Shown here in pieces: positions 13,101 to 26,940 of a stretch of 64,000 bases of DNA. Source of the DNA: Setoptus koraiensis (lineage: Eukaryota > Animalia > Arthropoda); NCBI GenBank assembly GCA_048013815.1, contig CM106586.1, positions 21,142,001-21,206,000 of the forward strand. Direction: 5' to 3'. The position numbers and the translations under genes were made by a program. Each line of letters begins with the position of its first letter. The first letter of the stretch is position 1. The notes beneath the pieces are model-generated. The model searched no databases. It was not told where the DNA came from and saw nothing but the letters and a program-made list of their open reading frames with translations.

Positions 13101-16100
13101 AAACCAAACAAACTTGCTACAATTTCACTGGCCATTGGCTCATTTGTGTGTTATGTAACTTACACATTGCAACTTACATAATAAAGTAACAGATAAACGA
13201 CGACGACAAGCCCAATCTGCAATGCAAATGTGACCAGTCACCGGTGTTGTTGTCATCATGATCATCAAGCCAGAGTTTATGCTAAAAGTGATGCTACTGT
13301 AACAGCAACATGTGTGACGCGCATGATAATTAAGACGATAATTATCATGCACGCATAATCTTTTTATTATTAATATTAATATTAGAATTGACTTAATTAG
13401 AAGCGACTATAACATGAGTTAATTAGATAAACTTCGGGACACGGCGACCGGCGCTTCTTTGGCTTCTTTGGCTTCTTCGGCTCATTCGGCTTCCTCGGCT
13501 CATTCGGCCCGTTCGGCTTCTTTGGCTCGGCCGACTGGCCGAGCCAAAGAAGAAGCCCGATCGAGATAAACGAGTCTCACGCTTCCATTTATCGGTCGCT
13601 GCTATTTCGGTCCCATGATTCTCTGTACAAATGTGTTGATTCTTTTGATTCGTCTCTCTCTCTCGTCTCTGCTATCCGTTGGTTGCAACTTGCAGCGACG
13701 CCGCACCAGATAAGAGCATGAAACGAGCGGCTACTGTTTAACTGTCCGCTCGCCGCCGTTTATAATGCCCGACCGTTTATAACCAGAAACAGGCGGCAGT
13801 AGCAGCAGCGATCTCTGGCAGTGAGAGCGGCCCCATTGAGAGGCGGCGGCGGCGCTAGCAGAGATTTTTCAGGCGCGATAATCGATTAGTTAATTGATTT
13901 AATTATCAACGCGCTCCATCTCTAATGAGAGTGCCAGCAAACGGTGAAAGTGGACACACATGCCCGTCATACACCGGCGCATGAAAACAGAGAAGAGAAA
14001 CAGGATAAAAGAAGCGCTCCGTTCGCTTCTTTCGATCCTTTCAGCGCCAATTCAGCGCGGCCTGAATATTACCCGGCGCTTACCTGGCGCTAGAATTAAT
14101 AAACTTTGACTAACTAACGCTAAATAATGCTGAATAATGCTGAATAATGCGCTGTGATTTCGCATGATTGTAATGATTTTGTCGCGCTCGCTTCTCCCAC
14201 GAATGGGGCCGATTTCGGTCGCGATTGCTTTGATGATTGATGACGCCGCCAGGGGGACGCCAGGTCAGGTAATGAACCAATTGAAGCGGCCGACGCTCGA
14301 CAAACAGTGCTCTAACAAGGCCAACCGGCCATCATCAGTTACACAGGTGAGTGGTTTTTCTGTGCGAAATGTGTGCACGTTACAACCGACAAAAAACCTG
14401 CGCTCACCTGTGCGGAACGCGCACACAAGTTTACATCATTATCATTGGCTCAAAACTTATTAATTGCATTGTAACTGTGCATGCAAATTAGGCGCCCGTC
14501 TGTTGATACCTGTGCCGCCAGGTAGCGCGTTGTCATTGTTGAGCGGTCAGTGTTCAACACTGTTGAATCAACACTGTGTGTGTCGAGCATCAACAGTTGG
14601 CTTTGGCCGGACAGTGACACGCCATTGGACGGCACGGACAATTTTTGTTGGCTATTGTTTGTGTTTGTGTTATCGTCTGGCGGTTAATTAATGTCAGTCT
14701 GGCAAACTCTTGTGAGAGTATGATGATAAATAGAGCAGCAGTGTCGCTTGTTTTCTCCATTTCTCCATCTTTTCCACCTTTCCATTTTGTCTATTTGTCC
14801 ATTTGTCCGTTTTTCCATTTGTCCATTTTCCATTTTCTCCTTCTTGTTTGTTCTTGGCCGGCTGACTTTTCTGCGTGCCCTTCCAATTAGCTCATTGGTC
14901 ACTCATTGAAAGGGACGCAATTGAATTTAATTGAATAGCGGCCACTTGTTGCACCAGCAACGACGCCAGCGCCACCGACCGTTAGTTAATTGCCGCTGGA
15001 TGGCACGATGCCGTTGCACTTTCAATGCTGTCTCTGGCCGCTGTTGTCTCTGGCCGTCGTTGTCTCGGCTGTCGTTGTCTCTGGCCGTTGTTGTCCGAAG
15101 GGCTAGATGGTGCGTGCAAACAACGACGAGTGAGCTTGGCATTATCAGTATGATTATTCGACGACGACGACGACGACGACGACGACATCGCATTCATCAG
15201 CGACACACACGCCAGACATGAGTGGCGGCGCCGGCGGACAGGTAGGCAAGCTCGCCTGCAATTGGTCAAACAACTGGCATCAAATACGACAGACAAGACA
15301 CACACGAGCAAACTACCTGTTGGAGTCATGATAAAGGGCTCAATAATGACGCAAAATGACGCAGTAATCAGGCGTCTTGTCGCGTGAGAATCATCGCTTC
15401 TCGGCTGCGCCGCTGACAACTCTTTCGCTGTCGCTCGGAAGCGGCCAACAAGTGGCCAGCCAGAAGGAAACGAACGGCAGCATATCCGGCTAACGGGCCA
15501 TCAAGTCGAGTGTGGTCGAGCCGGTGGTTGCTGTCGTTGTTGCTGCTGTCGTTGCTGTTGCTGTTGCTTTCGCTGCTGTTGCTGTCGTTGCTGTTGTTGC
15601 TGGCGCTGTTGGCGTCGCTGTTGCGGTTTGGGCGGCCGACAGCGACAACAACAACAAGCACGAAGGTTAAAAAACAAATTAGTGCCTTGTTGACCAGCGC
15701 CACAAGCACCAATAACAAGCGCAACAAGTGCCGCCGGTGCCACAATTGTCAATTGTTGTTTGAGTTGGTCAGTGAGCGAGCCATTTGGCCGCTCACTTTG
15801 TAACGGCGCTCACTTTGTAACGGCGCTCACTTGGCCAGGTGAGTGGTCGCATTTGCATGCTCGCTTCCCTGAGATGAGAGCGCATTTTCGTTCTGTGGCG
15901 AGACAGATAGAGTCGAGTGGCTCGGCATGCCGCTGCCATGGCGACCGGCAACCACTTGCGTCATGCAACTTGCATCGTACGACTTGTATGACGACCGGCC
16001 CGCTCGAACGGCCGGCCCGGCACCCTTTCCGCTCGGCTCGACTGTGCGCACAGACAAACTGTCGTTGACATTTGTCGCTCGGTGTTGCGCGGCCCCATTA

Positions 16101-17564
16101 ATTGGATGTCACGCCAATGCACGCCATGTCCACATGAATAGACAACGTATTATAGTAAAATAGACTCACTGCGCCGCCAAAACGGAGGCCGCCCAGAGAT
16201 GGCGCTGAACGGTCGCTCGGAACGGTCGCTCGGTGCGGTCGCCCGGTGCGGAGGCCGCGACGGCCAACAAGCCAACGGGAGACCACCCAGCCTTTGGTCT
16301 TGAATGGCAATAATATCGCATGTCCAATCTGGCGATGAGCAGCGGCCGATGATATCCGCTCCTCACCTCTGTTAGCCTCACCTCTGTTAGCCTTACCTTT
16401 GTTAGCGGCGACCAGCTTCGGCGCATTCTTGCTCCAATTCTGTGCGCGCCTAAGCACACACTGATGTGATTACATAATAATAAAAAGACAGATTACCTGT
16501 CGAACGTCGTAGCGAGTTCCATTTGGGCCGGTTCGGCGACGGCGGCGGCGGCGGCAAGTTTGCTGCTCGCGGCCAGTTCATTAGCGAGCGACAAGCGAGC
16601 AACTTTTTATCTCTCTGAGTGTGTGGTTGTTGTTGGTCGTGCCCGGCGTTGGTTGGCCGTGCGGCCGCCAGTCGCCACAACAACCGATGTTTATGCGATA
16701 AACATGGCTTATCCTCTTCTTTTATTATCACCGAGCCTGCATAATGAGCGTGTGTGTGTGTGTGTGTGTGGTCAGTCGCGTTCGCTCATTAGTGGTCAGT
16801 GCGCCAGTTATTGGCCACAAATGAATATATAAAAATGTTGACTGTGTCTCGTTGTTATTAGTCGTGTCTCCGTCGCATTGTGTGCATTTGTGGTGCAGTC
16901 GAGATGTGGCGTTAGTTGCAGTTGCATCATTCGGTGGCACTCGCTGGATACAAGCAGCAAATCCGCATCACTTCGGCCGCTCACGACAATTGCGTAAGCT
17001 GGCGCCGCGCCGGCCGCCAGAAACAGTAGCCGGCGACAGGTGAGAGAAGCGTGTGCTCGCGATCGCCAACTTGCAGCGCAGTTGCGCATCTCGATTCTCT
17101 CTACGATGGAGCGCTGAAGCGAGAGAAGCCAGAAAAGAAAGAGAGAAGCTGAAAAAGAGCGAAGCCGAAAAAGAAAGAAGCTGAAAAATAAAGAAGCCGA
17201 AAAATGAAGAAACCGAAAAATAAAGAAGCCGAAAAATAGCGAAGCCGAAAAAAGCTCAGAGTCGAGAGTCGGGAGTTCGAGGTCCCAGTCGCAAATGCAA
17301 ATTGGTGCAATTTACATTCGCAACTGGGACAGCGCCGCGCTAACACGGTGGCGAGCGACGTCGAGCGGCACGATTCCGAGCGCGACAATATGAATTTTAT
17401 TTTCATTTTATCGTCGTCAGGCTTCGGGCCGAGCCGAGCCGAATTGCACACCGTGCAACATACCTGGCGCGACGGGCGCAAAAGGGCAAGCGAGAGAATC
17501 GCTCCTTTCCACTGTCTCGAGATGTTGTGCTCTTTCGCTTCTGTCGGCTTGTGCCGAAAGAAGC

Positions 17565-17700
17565 GCAAGGAGCGTAAGAAGCGAACGAAGCAGAAGAAGC
17601 GAACGAGGCGAAAGAAGCGAGAGAAGCGAACGAGGCGAACGAAGCGAAAGAAGCGAACGAAGCGAACGAAGCGAACGAAGCGAGAGAAGCGAGAACAAGA
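17565..17700. repeat. Degenerate 9-bp tandem repeat (AAGCGAACG/AAGCGAGAG)
   Basis: Visible tandem array that produces spurious R/K-rich ORFs. Confidence 0.85.
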
Positions 17701-18369
17701 AGCGACACCGATAACAACGGCAACAACAGCAACAACAACGGATGACGCAACACACGATGGTACAAATCTCAATTGAGTAATTGATAGCGATGCTGCTGTT
17801 GCTGCTGCCACTTGTGGCGCACAGAAGCGGCTCGCTTCGGCCGGAGCGCAGTGATTCTATTGAGAAAATCAGTGTGCGCCATGAAGAATAGAAGCCCGAG
17901 ATCACCTGTTGCCGCATGCCGCCGGTACGGGCCGTGCAAATTGAGCCCGAAATCGGCTGGCGAGCGGGCGAGTGCAGCAACAGACGATATGAGTCGACAA
18001 AAGAAGCTTCTCTGTTCTTTTCTGTGCTCTTTTTGACTTTCGACTTTCGAGCAGCATCGGCATGACTGTTGCTGGCGCTGCAAGGCCGGCCCGCGATGCA
18101 GCACTCGCGGCAAGAGACTTTTCCCGTTTGGACGGGTCTGTCGCTTCACGTTGGCCCGAGATTGATTGATGGTCACTCGCGGGTCATTTCTGCCAGCGCC
18201 GCTGCCATTGCTGGCGCTGCCATTGAGTCGATGCTCGTGCCGTCGGCCGGTGTCAGTGTCACTGTTATCAATATTAGCATTACAATACCCGGATCTTGGC
18301 CACTTGTGTTCGCCAGCGGCTAAGAGAGCTTCGAAAATTGAACTGACCATTTCGCTGAGCGTCGTCTCA

Positions 18370-18539
18370 CCGTTCATTTCTTGGTTTGGTGGAAAAATGA
18401 CGCTAGCCAGGAAATGATCACTTGTGCGCTGATGTCGCATGGTCGGAAAATTGGATATTGTTGCACGCTGAAAAATCCCAATATCGGACGATTTTCAGCG
18501 AGCGTCATTTTTGCGCCAAATCAAATTAGAAATGAACGG
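18370..18539. repeat. Small imperfect foldback (~35-39 bp inverted arms with a nested hairpin)
   Basis: CCGTTCATTTCT..TTTGG..AAAAATGACGCT (18370-18404) pairs with AGCGTCATTTTT..CCAAA..AGAAATGAACGG (18501-18539). An inner hairpin spans 18466-18500. Confidence 0.6.
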
Positions 18540-21500
18540 CGTCGGTGGCAGCGGGCCGACGAGAAAGAATTCGTCCGAAATGCACACTCGTGCAATTCGA
18601 AAGTTTGAGAGTTTTGAAGTTTCAATGGACGCAACACAAGAAGCGAGAAAACGCGAGAAGCGAGAAAAACGCGAGAGGCGAGAAAAACGCGAGAAGCGAG
18701 AAAAAGGCGAGAAAAAAATGGCGAAAGTCTCTTTGTTTGTTGCCATTAGCCTTGTGTGTTCGCTGTTGCTGTGTCAGTTTGGCCTGCACACCAATGAGTG
18801 GACGAACGCGAACACGTTGCGCAATGCGTTATCAGTTATCAGTTATTTAGCCAAATTCAGATTGCGTTTCACCGGCAGCCAGATAAAAACGGCAACAAAA
18901 AGCGGCCATTCGGCAATGGGATCGTTGCGCGTACCGGGCCAAAGTAATGCTCTGAGAGTATCACTGGGCCTACTTACATTTATACGTATTTACCAACAAA
19001 CAGAATGTTTATATTGTATAGGTATTTTCGATAAAAACTGTATGAACAATAATTTTTGCAAAAATTTCTCTTCATTCATTGATCTAGCGAGCAACAAGTG
19101 ATTGTGTGGTTTGGTGTCGGTTACTTTTTGGCAACAATCCTATTTGCCTTTCGCACAACAAATCCGTCTCGTGCTGTCGGCCGGCCGCGAGATTTGTTTT
19201 GGGAGCTGGCAAGTTGCAAAAATTTCTTGCTTTTGTTGCGCGCATAGTGGCATTGATTACAAACAACAAAGTTGGTCGCATAATTACGAACAAAGGCTGC
19301 GTCTAGGCTGTTGTAATTAGAATGTTTCAGCGGCCAATTAACAGCAGCCGATCCGAAACAAAACAAGCGACCTGGCCGAACCAGCAGCGACTGCAGCGCC
19401 ACCCGATCGAAAAGTGGCTCGCTCATACATTTTGTGTTCACCGCTAATGAATGACCAGCACACTATCGGTCGGATATCACACTGACACCGGCCTATGCCC
19501 GACACCGGCCCGTCTCCGAAATGGGCCGTTGCTGGCGCGCAATTGTCAGGGGCAATCTCAAGCTCAGGTGAGCAGTGTCAGGCTCAGGTGAGCGATATCG
19601 GGTGAGCGAAGGTGAGCGAAGGCCGGCAACAGTGGCCATTGTTGCGACGGCGCGACAGGTGTGTGTTGAATAGATTCAATTTTAAGCTCAATGCATGAAT
19701 GGCAAACAGAAAAAGGATACCGAGAACAGTAGCCGGCGCTTGTGTTGCTTTGTGCCGTGTCGACGTGAGCTCGTGACACTTGTTTGTATTGCGTAATGGC
19801 CGCTGCCAGTGCACAATGCGGCGTGCTTGCGTTGTTCGCACTCGCCAGCAGCGATATCCATATCCGCGTTCGCCGCCAGCTCAACACTGCCGAATTGAAG
19901 GTCAAACTCGACTTGTGTGTATTTTTCCGAGAAATCGCCAACTTTGGCCGCTTGCGCAGTCGGCCGGCCGGCCCGAGCTGAGCCGGCAGTTGCGAGTCGC
20001 CGGTCGCGAGTCGCCGGTCGCAAGTGTTGCGCCGCTGAGCAAACTTGTTCGCGGCGAGCGCGGCGTCATCGATCATCACTTGGCGATCAGCGTTCGTTTC
20101 ATCATTAGCCAACGATAAGATAAAAGATAAATACAGCAACTTTGTGTACGCACGCTCGCCCATTACTGTCCACTGCGCCTCGCTCTGGCCACACTGTGAC
20201 GGTCAGAGTCTGACCATCACAGTCTGACGGTCAGAGTCTGACGGTCAGAATCGCACGGCAGCGGCAGCGCCGGCGACGCGATTAATTTTGTGTTTTATCG
20301 GCACGCTCGCACCGTCTGACCAGCGCAATAGAGACAGCGATAATACAAATACGAGATGCATAAATATAAATATCAGCATCACGAAGCAAAACAAAAACAA
20401 CATCAAATTGAATGATGAGCCAGACACGCACGAAAGCGATTGATGAATCATTAGATAATGGCCAAACTAATGACCATTGCACAACTCGTCCGTCTGCCGG
20501 TCGACGCGTCAACTACAAATGCGCCACTCGTACAAATATTTCGCCGGCATGTATATCGGGCATATCGGGCATTATAGGGCTATGGGAGTCGCATAATGGC
20601 ACTGAATCGCATGATGGCTCGACGCGCAACAAACATCCTGTGAAATTGCGCTGACTTTCCATTTTGAATGGCGACGCATCAATCGATTCAAAATGGAAAG
20701 TCTTGCCATTTGGGCAAAACGGCAAATGATTTGGGTCGCATTTCGACACTTGCGCCACAGCTCAAATCGATGCCGTTCGACAATTCCAGCGATTCGACAG
20801 TGTCTAGGCGACTTCTCGTTGGGCCACACGCATATAGCACGCAAACGATGAGCGATTTGCAATCGTTTGCAAGGGCACACAAGCGAAAGATGATCCACGA
20901 CGCCGCTGCTAGCACCGGCATGATGTTGCGCCAATTTCGACGTCACTCAATTAGTGTGGGTACTCGATGGAACGGGCCGTCGCATCGGGCCGATTGTTCG
21001 AATCGTTGGCATAATTAATTAATCGGCGATCGCCGGCCAGTTTGTGTGCTCGAGTCCCGCATCCTCGTGCGTTCGAACGGCGTCCGAACCGCGTTCGAAC
21101 TGCACTCGATTGCCACAAATGAAATGCAAATAAATCATGTAACAACATGATATATTGGCGTTGCGTCATCTCGCTCGAGCTGTGTAACTGGATAATCATT
21201 GTTGTTGTTGGTCGGTGTTGCGCAACTGCTGTCGCTCATTTGCATACGAGCTGGCCTTGCGTCCTCCACTCGCCTCCAGTTGTCGGCTGCAGTTATCGGC
21301 AGCCTGCAGCCGATAACTGGAGCCGATGCCGAGTGATGCCGAGCGACGCCGAGTGATGTCTCAATAACAAGCGATCGAGTGGCGATAATTGATGGTTATG
21401 CTAATATTTTGATTTCGACACAATTTCAGCAGCGACAATCGGCGATCAGCGCCGATTTCAATCGGCTCGTCGCAACGAATTCCAGCGGCAACACGATACG

Positions 21501-23720
21501 ATCTGCCGATGCGAGCCGATCGCCGATCAACAAGCTCAATGGTTGTTTAATTCATCAATAACCGATATCAACTAATCAAGCGATCGCCACTGGCGTCGCC
21601 GTAACACACTAGAAACGCGCAATGCCAGCGGACGCAGCCCTGTTCGGAGGTGGCGACGCATAGCGGAAGCGACTGGGTGTGCCGCTGTCTAGACAGGGGT
21701 GATTTTATTTATTGGTCGGACAAAAACGATTGAACAAAAACGATTGGACAAAAATCATTGAACGAAAATTTTCTGACAAAAATAATCGAAATCTAATCGC
21801 GCTTGCTGGCGCTGCAAGCTGTCGAGATTTCGAGATGTCGCTGGATGTGGTGACATGGCCACCGACAAAATGGGCCGCGTTTTCGCGTCGGCGACAACGA
21901 CGCCGCCGCCATGGCCGGCCACGGCCAGATTAACAAGCAGATAATGATTAATGGCAACAATCGATTGCGGTATTCCGACGGGCAACATTCTGTCCGAGAC
22001 ACTGGCCACAGTCCGACACACTGACCACAGGCCGAAATGTGCGCCTGTTGCTCAGGTATGCAGATACATGCAGATATAGATATCGGCAACTGGTGTCAAT
22101 ATGATAAATGGTGTACACAAGCCGCTACAAGCCGATCGCAATCTCTCCGCGGCGATACTGTGCCGATATTGTGCTGATACTGTGCTGATTTGTGCTGATA
22201 CTGCGCTGATTTCGTGCTGATACTGAGCTGATACTGAGCCGATACTGAGCTGACACTGTGCCGACGTTGTGCTGATATCGCATATTGCAATGCGAGCCAC
22301 TGACCGGCCAGTGATGCGAGCGCGCCCAGAAGCAAGATGCTGAAATTAGATAAAGAAATAAAAAATTCAAGATCAGCGAACGCTTGCCGAGCGACGCCAC
22401 AGAGTGTCGGTCGCAAATCCGACGCCAGATAATTCAAACAAACGCTGAGGAATTCGAGCCGAAATTCTTCGCTGGTCGGCCGCGGCTGCTGGCCGGAGAA
22501 AACAGCAGAAAAAAGGGCCGAAAAAGGAGGGAAAATGCGCGGAAAAACAGCCGAAAATAGGAAGAAAAACGAGCGAGTGAAGCGAACAGCGCAAAAACAG
22601 GCACAGAACATGACAGGCCAGAAATGCATTCTGTCAGCGTTTCGATTCGAAACTTTCGAAGACCGATTTGAATATGCGGCCGGCGCGCGCGATCATTAAT
22701 CAGCGCGGGTCATCATTGTTTGTTGCATTGTCTCATGGACACAATATGGCTTTTTGCAACCGCAACCACAACCGCAACCGCAACCGCAATGGGCAGCGCG
22801 GCGATCGCTTCGGCGTGCACCGGCAAATTGCAACTCTAATTCGCGTTCGGCGGGCGCATTGTTCAACAATGATTGTTGTTGCCGCTGGCGCGGACATGAG
22901 TGGGCTTCGCGAATTGGCCGGCGATGATCATATCGGCGCGGTGATATCTTCATCATGATGCACTTGTTGATCGACGCCAGTGATATCTCTGTCGGGCGTG
23001 CCTTGCCGCACAACAATTGTTGTCGGGTTATAGCGGCGGCGCGGTCGAGATGGCGATGCTTGAGCCAGTGGTCAGTTGCGAGTCGCGCTGCTTGAGCCAG
23101 TGGTCGGCGGCCACTGACAGTTGTGTGGAATCTAGTTCAACGACCCCGCGATACATGTGCGAGATAATCCCGCCGACGGCAGCGCCGCCGCTGCCGCCGA
23201 TTCAATGCCGGCCGCTCGGCCGGGCCCGACCGTCACCGAGAGACCAACACATTGCAACTTGTCCGCCGGGCCGGCCCGCTCCGGTCCCGTTACACACTTA
23301 CATCGAGCCTTGTGACACCAGTCACTGGTGACACCAGTGACACTGTCACATGTGCCGCTCACATGTGTGCCACTTCGCATCATCGGCGCCCGTTGCTGTT
23401 CTGCTCCAGTTGCGTGGGAAAAAGTGCGCTCATTTTTTCAGCTCTCTCTCTCTCTGCTCATTTATTATCTTTTAATTAATCAATTAAATCTAATTAGATT
23501 GGCCTAAAATCATCATCGCGATCATGCGAGCCCGCTCATCACCAACGGCGACACTTTTCCCTGTGCGAGACAACCGTAATTGTGGGCCCGACCAAGCGCG
23601 CCACAACTTGCTGATGCTGGCCCGACGTAGCCTATACCCGATCCGCTGCTCATCGATTACACAACGATTCACTCGTTCTTGAGCCACTCGCTGCAACCGT
23701 TACAGCAGTTGGCAGAAGTT

Positions 23721-24561
23721 GGCGCAAGCCAATGCGCATCATCTCACCTGTTGCTGGCTTGTGGCGCGAGCAAGAGTTGCGCACCACCGAAGGCACCGAG
23801 CGCACCGAATGCGATCGATCGCAATTGCATCACAACATTGTCAACAATCGCAGCGTGCCAATCGCAAACGAAAACATTGCCAATGACGAGCTGTGCTGGC
23901 CTTGATAACCGTGCCAACACTGATAAATCAGCAGTGGTGAGCGTTACGTAACGAGCAAAAAGTTTGTTGCGACGAGCGGCTTGCCGCGGTGGCGTCAATG
24001 TCACTTTGACAAGTGCCAAAAATGAGTAGCTTCCTCGCGACGCTCGCGCCGTTCAGTTGCGGATCACTATGATGTAATAGATGCGTGATCTCGCTGCATA
24101 CAATTTCCGATATTTGGCATGCATTTCGCACAAATTAACTCGCTTTGGCACTTGTCAAAACGCACAAAGAGCGTCTTGATTTTTGCAAAACGGATGCCGA
24201 GTGCCAGAAATTGTATGGCGGCGTATTGTGACAGTGATACATCATAGTGATCCGCAACTGAACGGCGTGAGCGTCGCGAGGAAGCTACTCATTTTTGGCA
24301 CTTGTCAAAGTAACATTGACGCCACCGCAGCGAGCCGCTCGTCGCAACAAACTTTTTGCTGCCACCTCGTCGTGGACAATCTGCAAGTTTGCCACGGATA
24401 AGCCCATAAATACCCCTTTTCAGTTGACAGTTTCGCGGGATTTTTCTAGCTGCAAAATAAAATCCATTTTGCGACACGATGACTATCGCAACAACAGCCA
24501 TATCTCACCGATCTGGCAAATAACCGCTAACGAGCTGCCCATCGCTGTATGCTCACCTGGC
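23721..24561. mobile_element. Foldback/MITE-like element, copy 2 (arms 23928-24076 and 24238-24360; core inverted relative to copy 1)
   Basis: The flanks are co-oriented with copy 1, while core 24077-24237 is the reverse complement of 4804-4964. Confidence 0.65.
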
Positions 24562-26820
24562 TAAATGATTTTTGTATTTTTTTTTTTTTTTGCAATTTGT
24601 ACCTTTTTTCCAAACACAATTTCTATGGCCTGTCCGCAGCCAGGTCAGCGAAAGCCGCTTGACACACACACACACACACATATGACACATGAGACATATC
24701 TCCTCATGTGTGCAAATGTGTGCCAAAAGTTAGTTGAGGCAATTGAAAAACGGCTCGATATCCATAAATTGAATAAATTGAACGAGCGTTTATCAGTTGA
24801 AGAATGGCAAAATTTGATTATGTCATCAAGTGTCGCCGGCGACCGCGCCGAAATACCTGTGTGCATGTCTCGACAAACCTGTCTTTGTTTTAATGATGAC
24901 GAATGTCGTCACCCGGGCAACATTTGACTGCTGGTAGCAATTGAAGCCGCCACGATGACAACTTGTTGTTGAGCCCGACAAGCAAACTTCAACCTGCCTG
25001 AAACTAGCTCTCGCTGCCACATTCCAGCAATGTGTATTTTCGCCCTGCAGATAAACTGAAATAATTAACTGCCAGCTAAAATAATTAGCCAGCTATCGCT
25101 ATCGGCTCGTCATTTCGGGGGGGGCAGCGTCGTCGCCTTAGTTGTGTTTTATCTTGTTCTCGAGTGTGAGTAAATATGTTTATGATGTAACGTGAGAGGA
25201 TTAGTCCAAGTTCAACGAAAGTTTAATGAACCTCTTGACAAGATGAATAATGTTCATCGTGAATTTGTTTATAAGTGTTTTTTACTTTGATTTTGATTTT
25301 ATTTTCATTTTATTTCATTTAGTCGGCGCAGTTGCCCGGTTAGATTGACGCTAATGACGCTTGGGCAACATCGCTCGGGCTCTGGCCAGCTCTGGCGTGC
25401 ATTCAATGCAAAGTTAACAATTTCCACTGGGCGACAAAAGAGCGACAGAATTAATACGACAACAACAACAACAACACTAATACAACGACACGATAATATT
25501 TATTATTGGCTGGCAACTGTTGTACAAACAACAGTGTCGCAAACAAATGAAAACTTGATTGCAAGCCAGACGAGATGACCAGTGGCAATTGGCGGATTAT
25601 GGTCGGGCGTCTGGCTTCTCGGGCAGTCACAATATCGATGCTGTTTTCACCTGTTCGTCTGTTGTGCTGCCACCATTCTCGAACGAGCGCCCAAAACAAT
25701 GATGAAGGGCAAAAGAAAAGCGGGCATAAAGCGAACGGATTAATAACGGCAGCTCGCTGTCTTTTTGTGGATATTGCGTCACGTATGTGCATATATTGTG
25801 AACCAAAATAAACAAATCAGTCATGGCCGTCGACTGGCTTACCACCAGCCACTGGTTTGTGGTGCGTGAATGGGCCACTGTTTGCTTTGTTGTTCAGCGC
25901 TAGCCGGGGGCCTCTCCAATGGCCGGCAAGCGCCGCTCCAATGGCCGACAGGCGCCGCATGCCCAACCGCAGATTAAATCCCTTCTTCTCGCCACACGGC
26001 GGCCACAAGTACAACATCGTGTTTGTTCGAGCGGACGGGCCAATTGATTAATCAACAGCAACGGTGGTCATTTTTGACAATGGCAGCAGTTTGCTAAATT
26101 TGTTAATTTTCAATTGCCAGATTGCAACTTGTCGGGCTGTCTCCCCTGCGAAGTAGCGCCGTCTAGCTGGCCATACGACACCCGAATATCTGCCAAATAT
26201 CGGCCCAATTTATGCCAAATATCGGCTTAATTTATGCCAAATATCGGCCCAATATCGGCCCGGTACCCGCCGTCAGATGTGATATTATTACAGATGTGAC
26301 AGTGACCAAAAAGTGGCTGCCAGAAAGTGGTTGCAGAGAGCTCGGCTAGAGGGCGACACCCGTCGCCGACAAGCGCCAAGTACGAGTGCAAGCTACGACG
26401 ACAAGTTGGCCCAACTGATGCGCACTCGCCCAATTGGTCACCACTGCGCAACTATGCTCGGCGTTGTCGGGGGGCAGGCAGTGGCCAGTTTTGCGAGACG
26501 GTGTGCGTGAGAACAAGTGTTTGGCCCCCTCTCCGGGGGCTGTTGATGCACTCAATTTGTTGTTGTTGGTGCGCTATCAACAACAGCAACAACAACAACA
26601 ACGGCAACAGTTGCTTTAGTGCTTCGTCGAACTCACACCAGTTTACATCGGCTAGCACGTTGCAATAGCTGCTGTCAAAGCCACAGGCAGTGTTACGCAA
26701 GCCCACATGACAAGCCTTTGAGTGGCCAATGGACACTGACAAACAAAACAAATGTTAGCTCGCTAAACACGCCACATGGTGTCAACAATTAGTAACTAAT
26801 CTCTTTATCAGCGCAAGTGA

Positions 26821-26940
26821 AGCAAGCCAAAACAAGGCAAAACAAGGCAAAACGAAACAAAACAAATCAAAACAAATCAAAACGAATCAAAACGAAGCAA
26901 AACAAAGCAAAACAAAGCAAAGCGCGACGAGACGAAACAA
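26821..26940. repeat. Degenerate pentanucleotide array (AAAAC/AAAGC/AAATC)
   Basis: 5-nt periodicity. Confidence 0.85.

Noticed and set aside
18511-19101. 196-aa ORF with an internal signal-like stretch (MAKVSLFVAISLVCSLLLC)
   Set aside because: It is built partly from GCGAGAAAA stutter repeats and has no domain or splice support.
24565-24927. Protein-like ORF beside foldback copy 2 (..LSVEEWQNLIMS.., vaguely like a Tc1 C-terminus)
   Set aside because: No catalytic motif is present and the ORF starts in a poly-T tract, so it is unsupported without a database hit.
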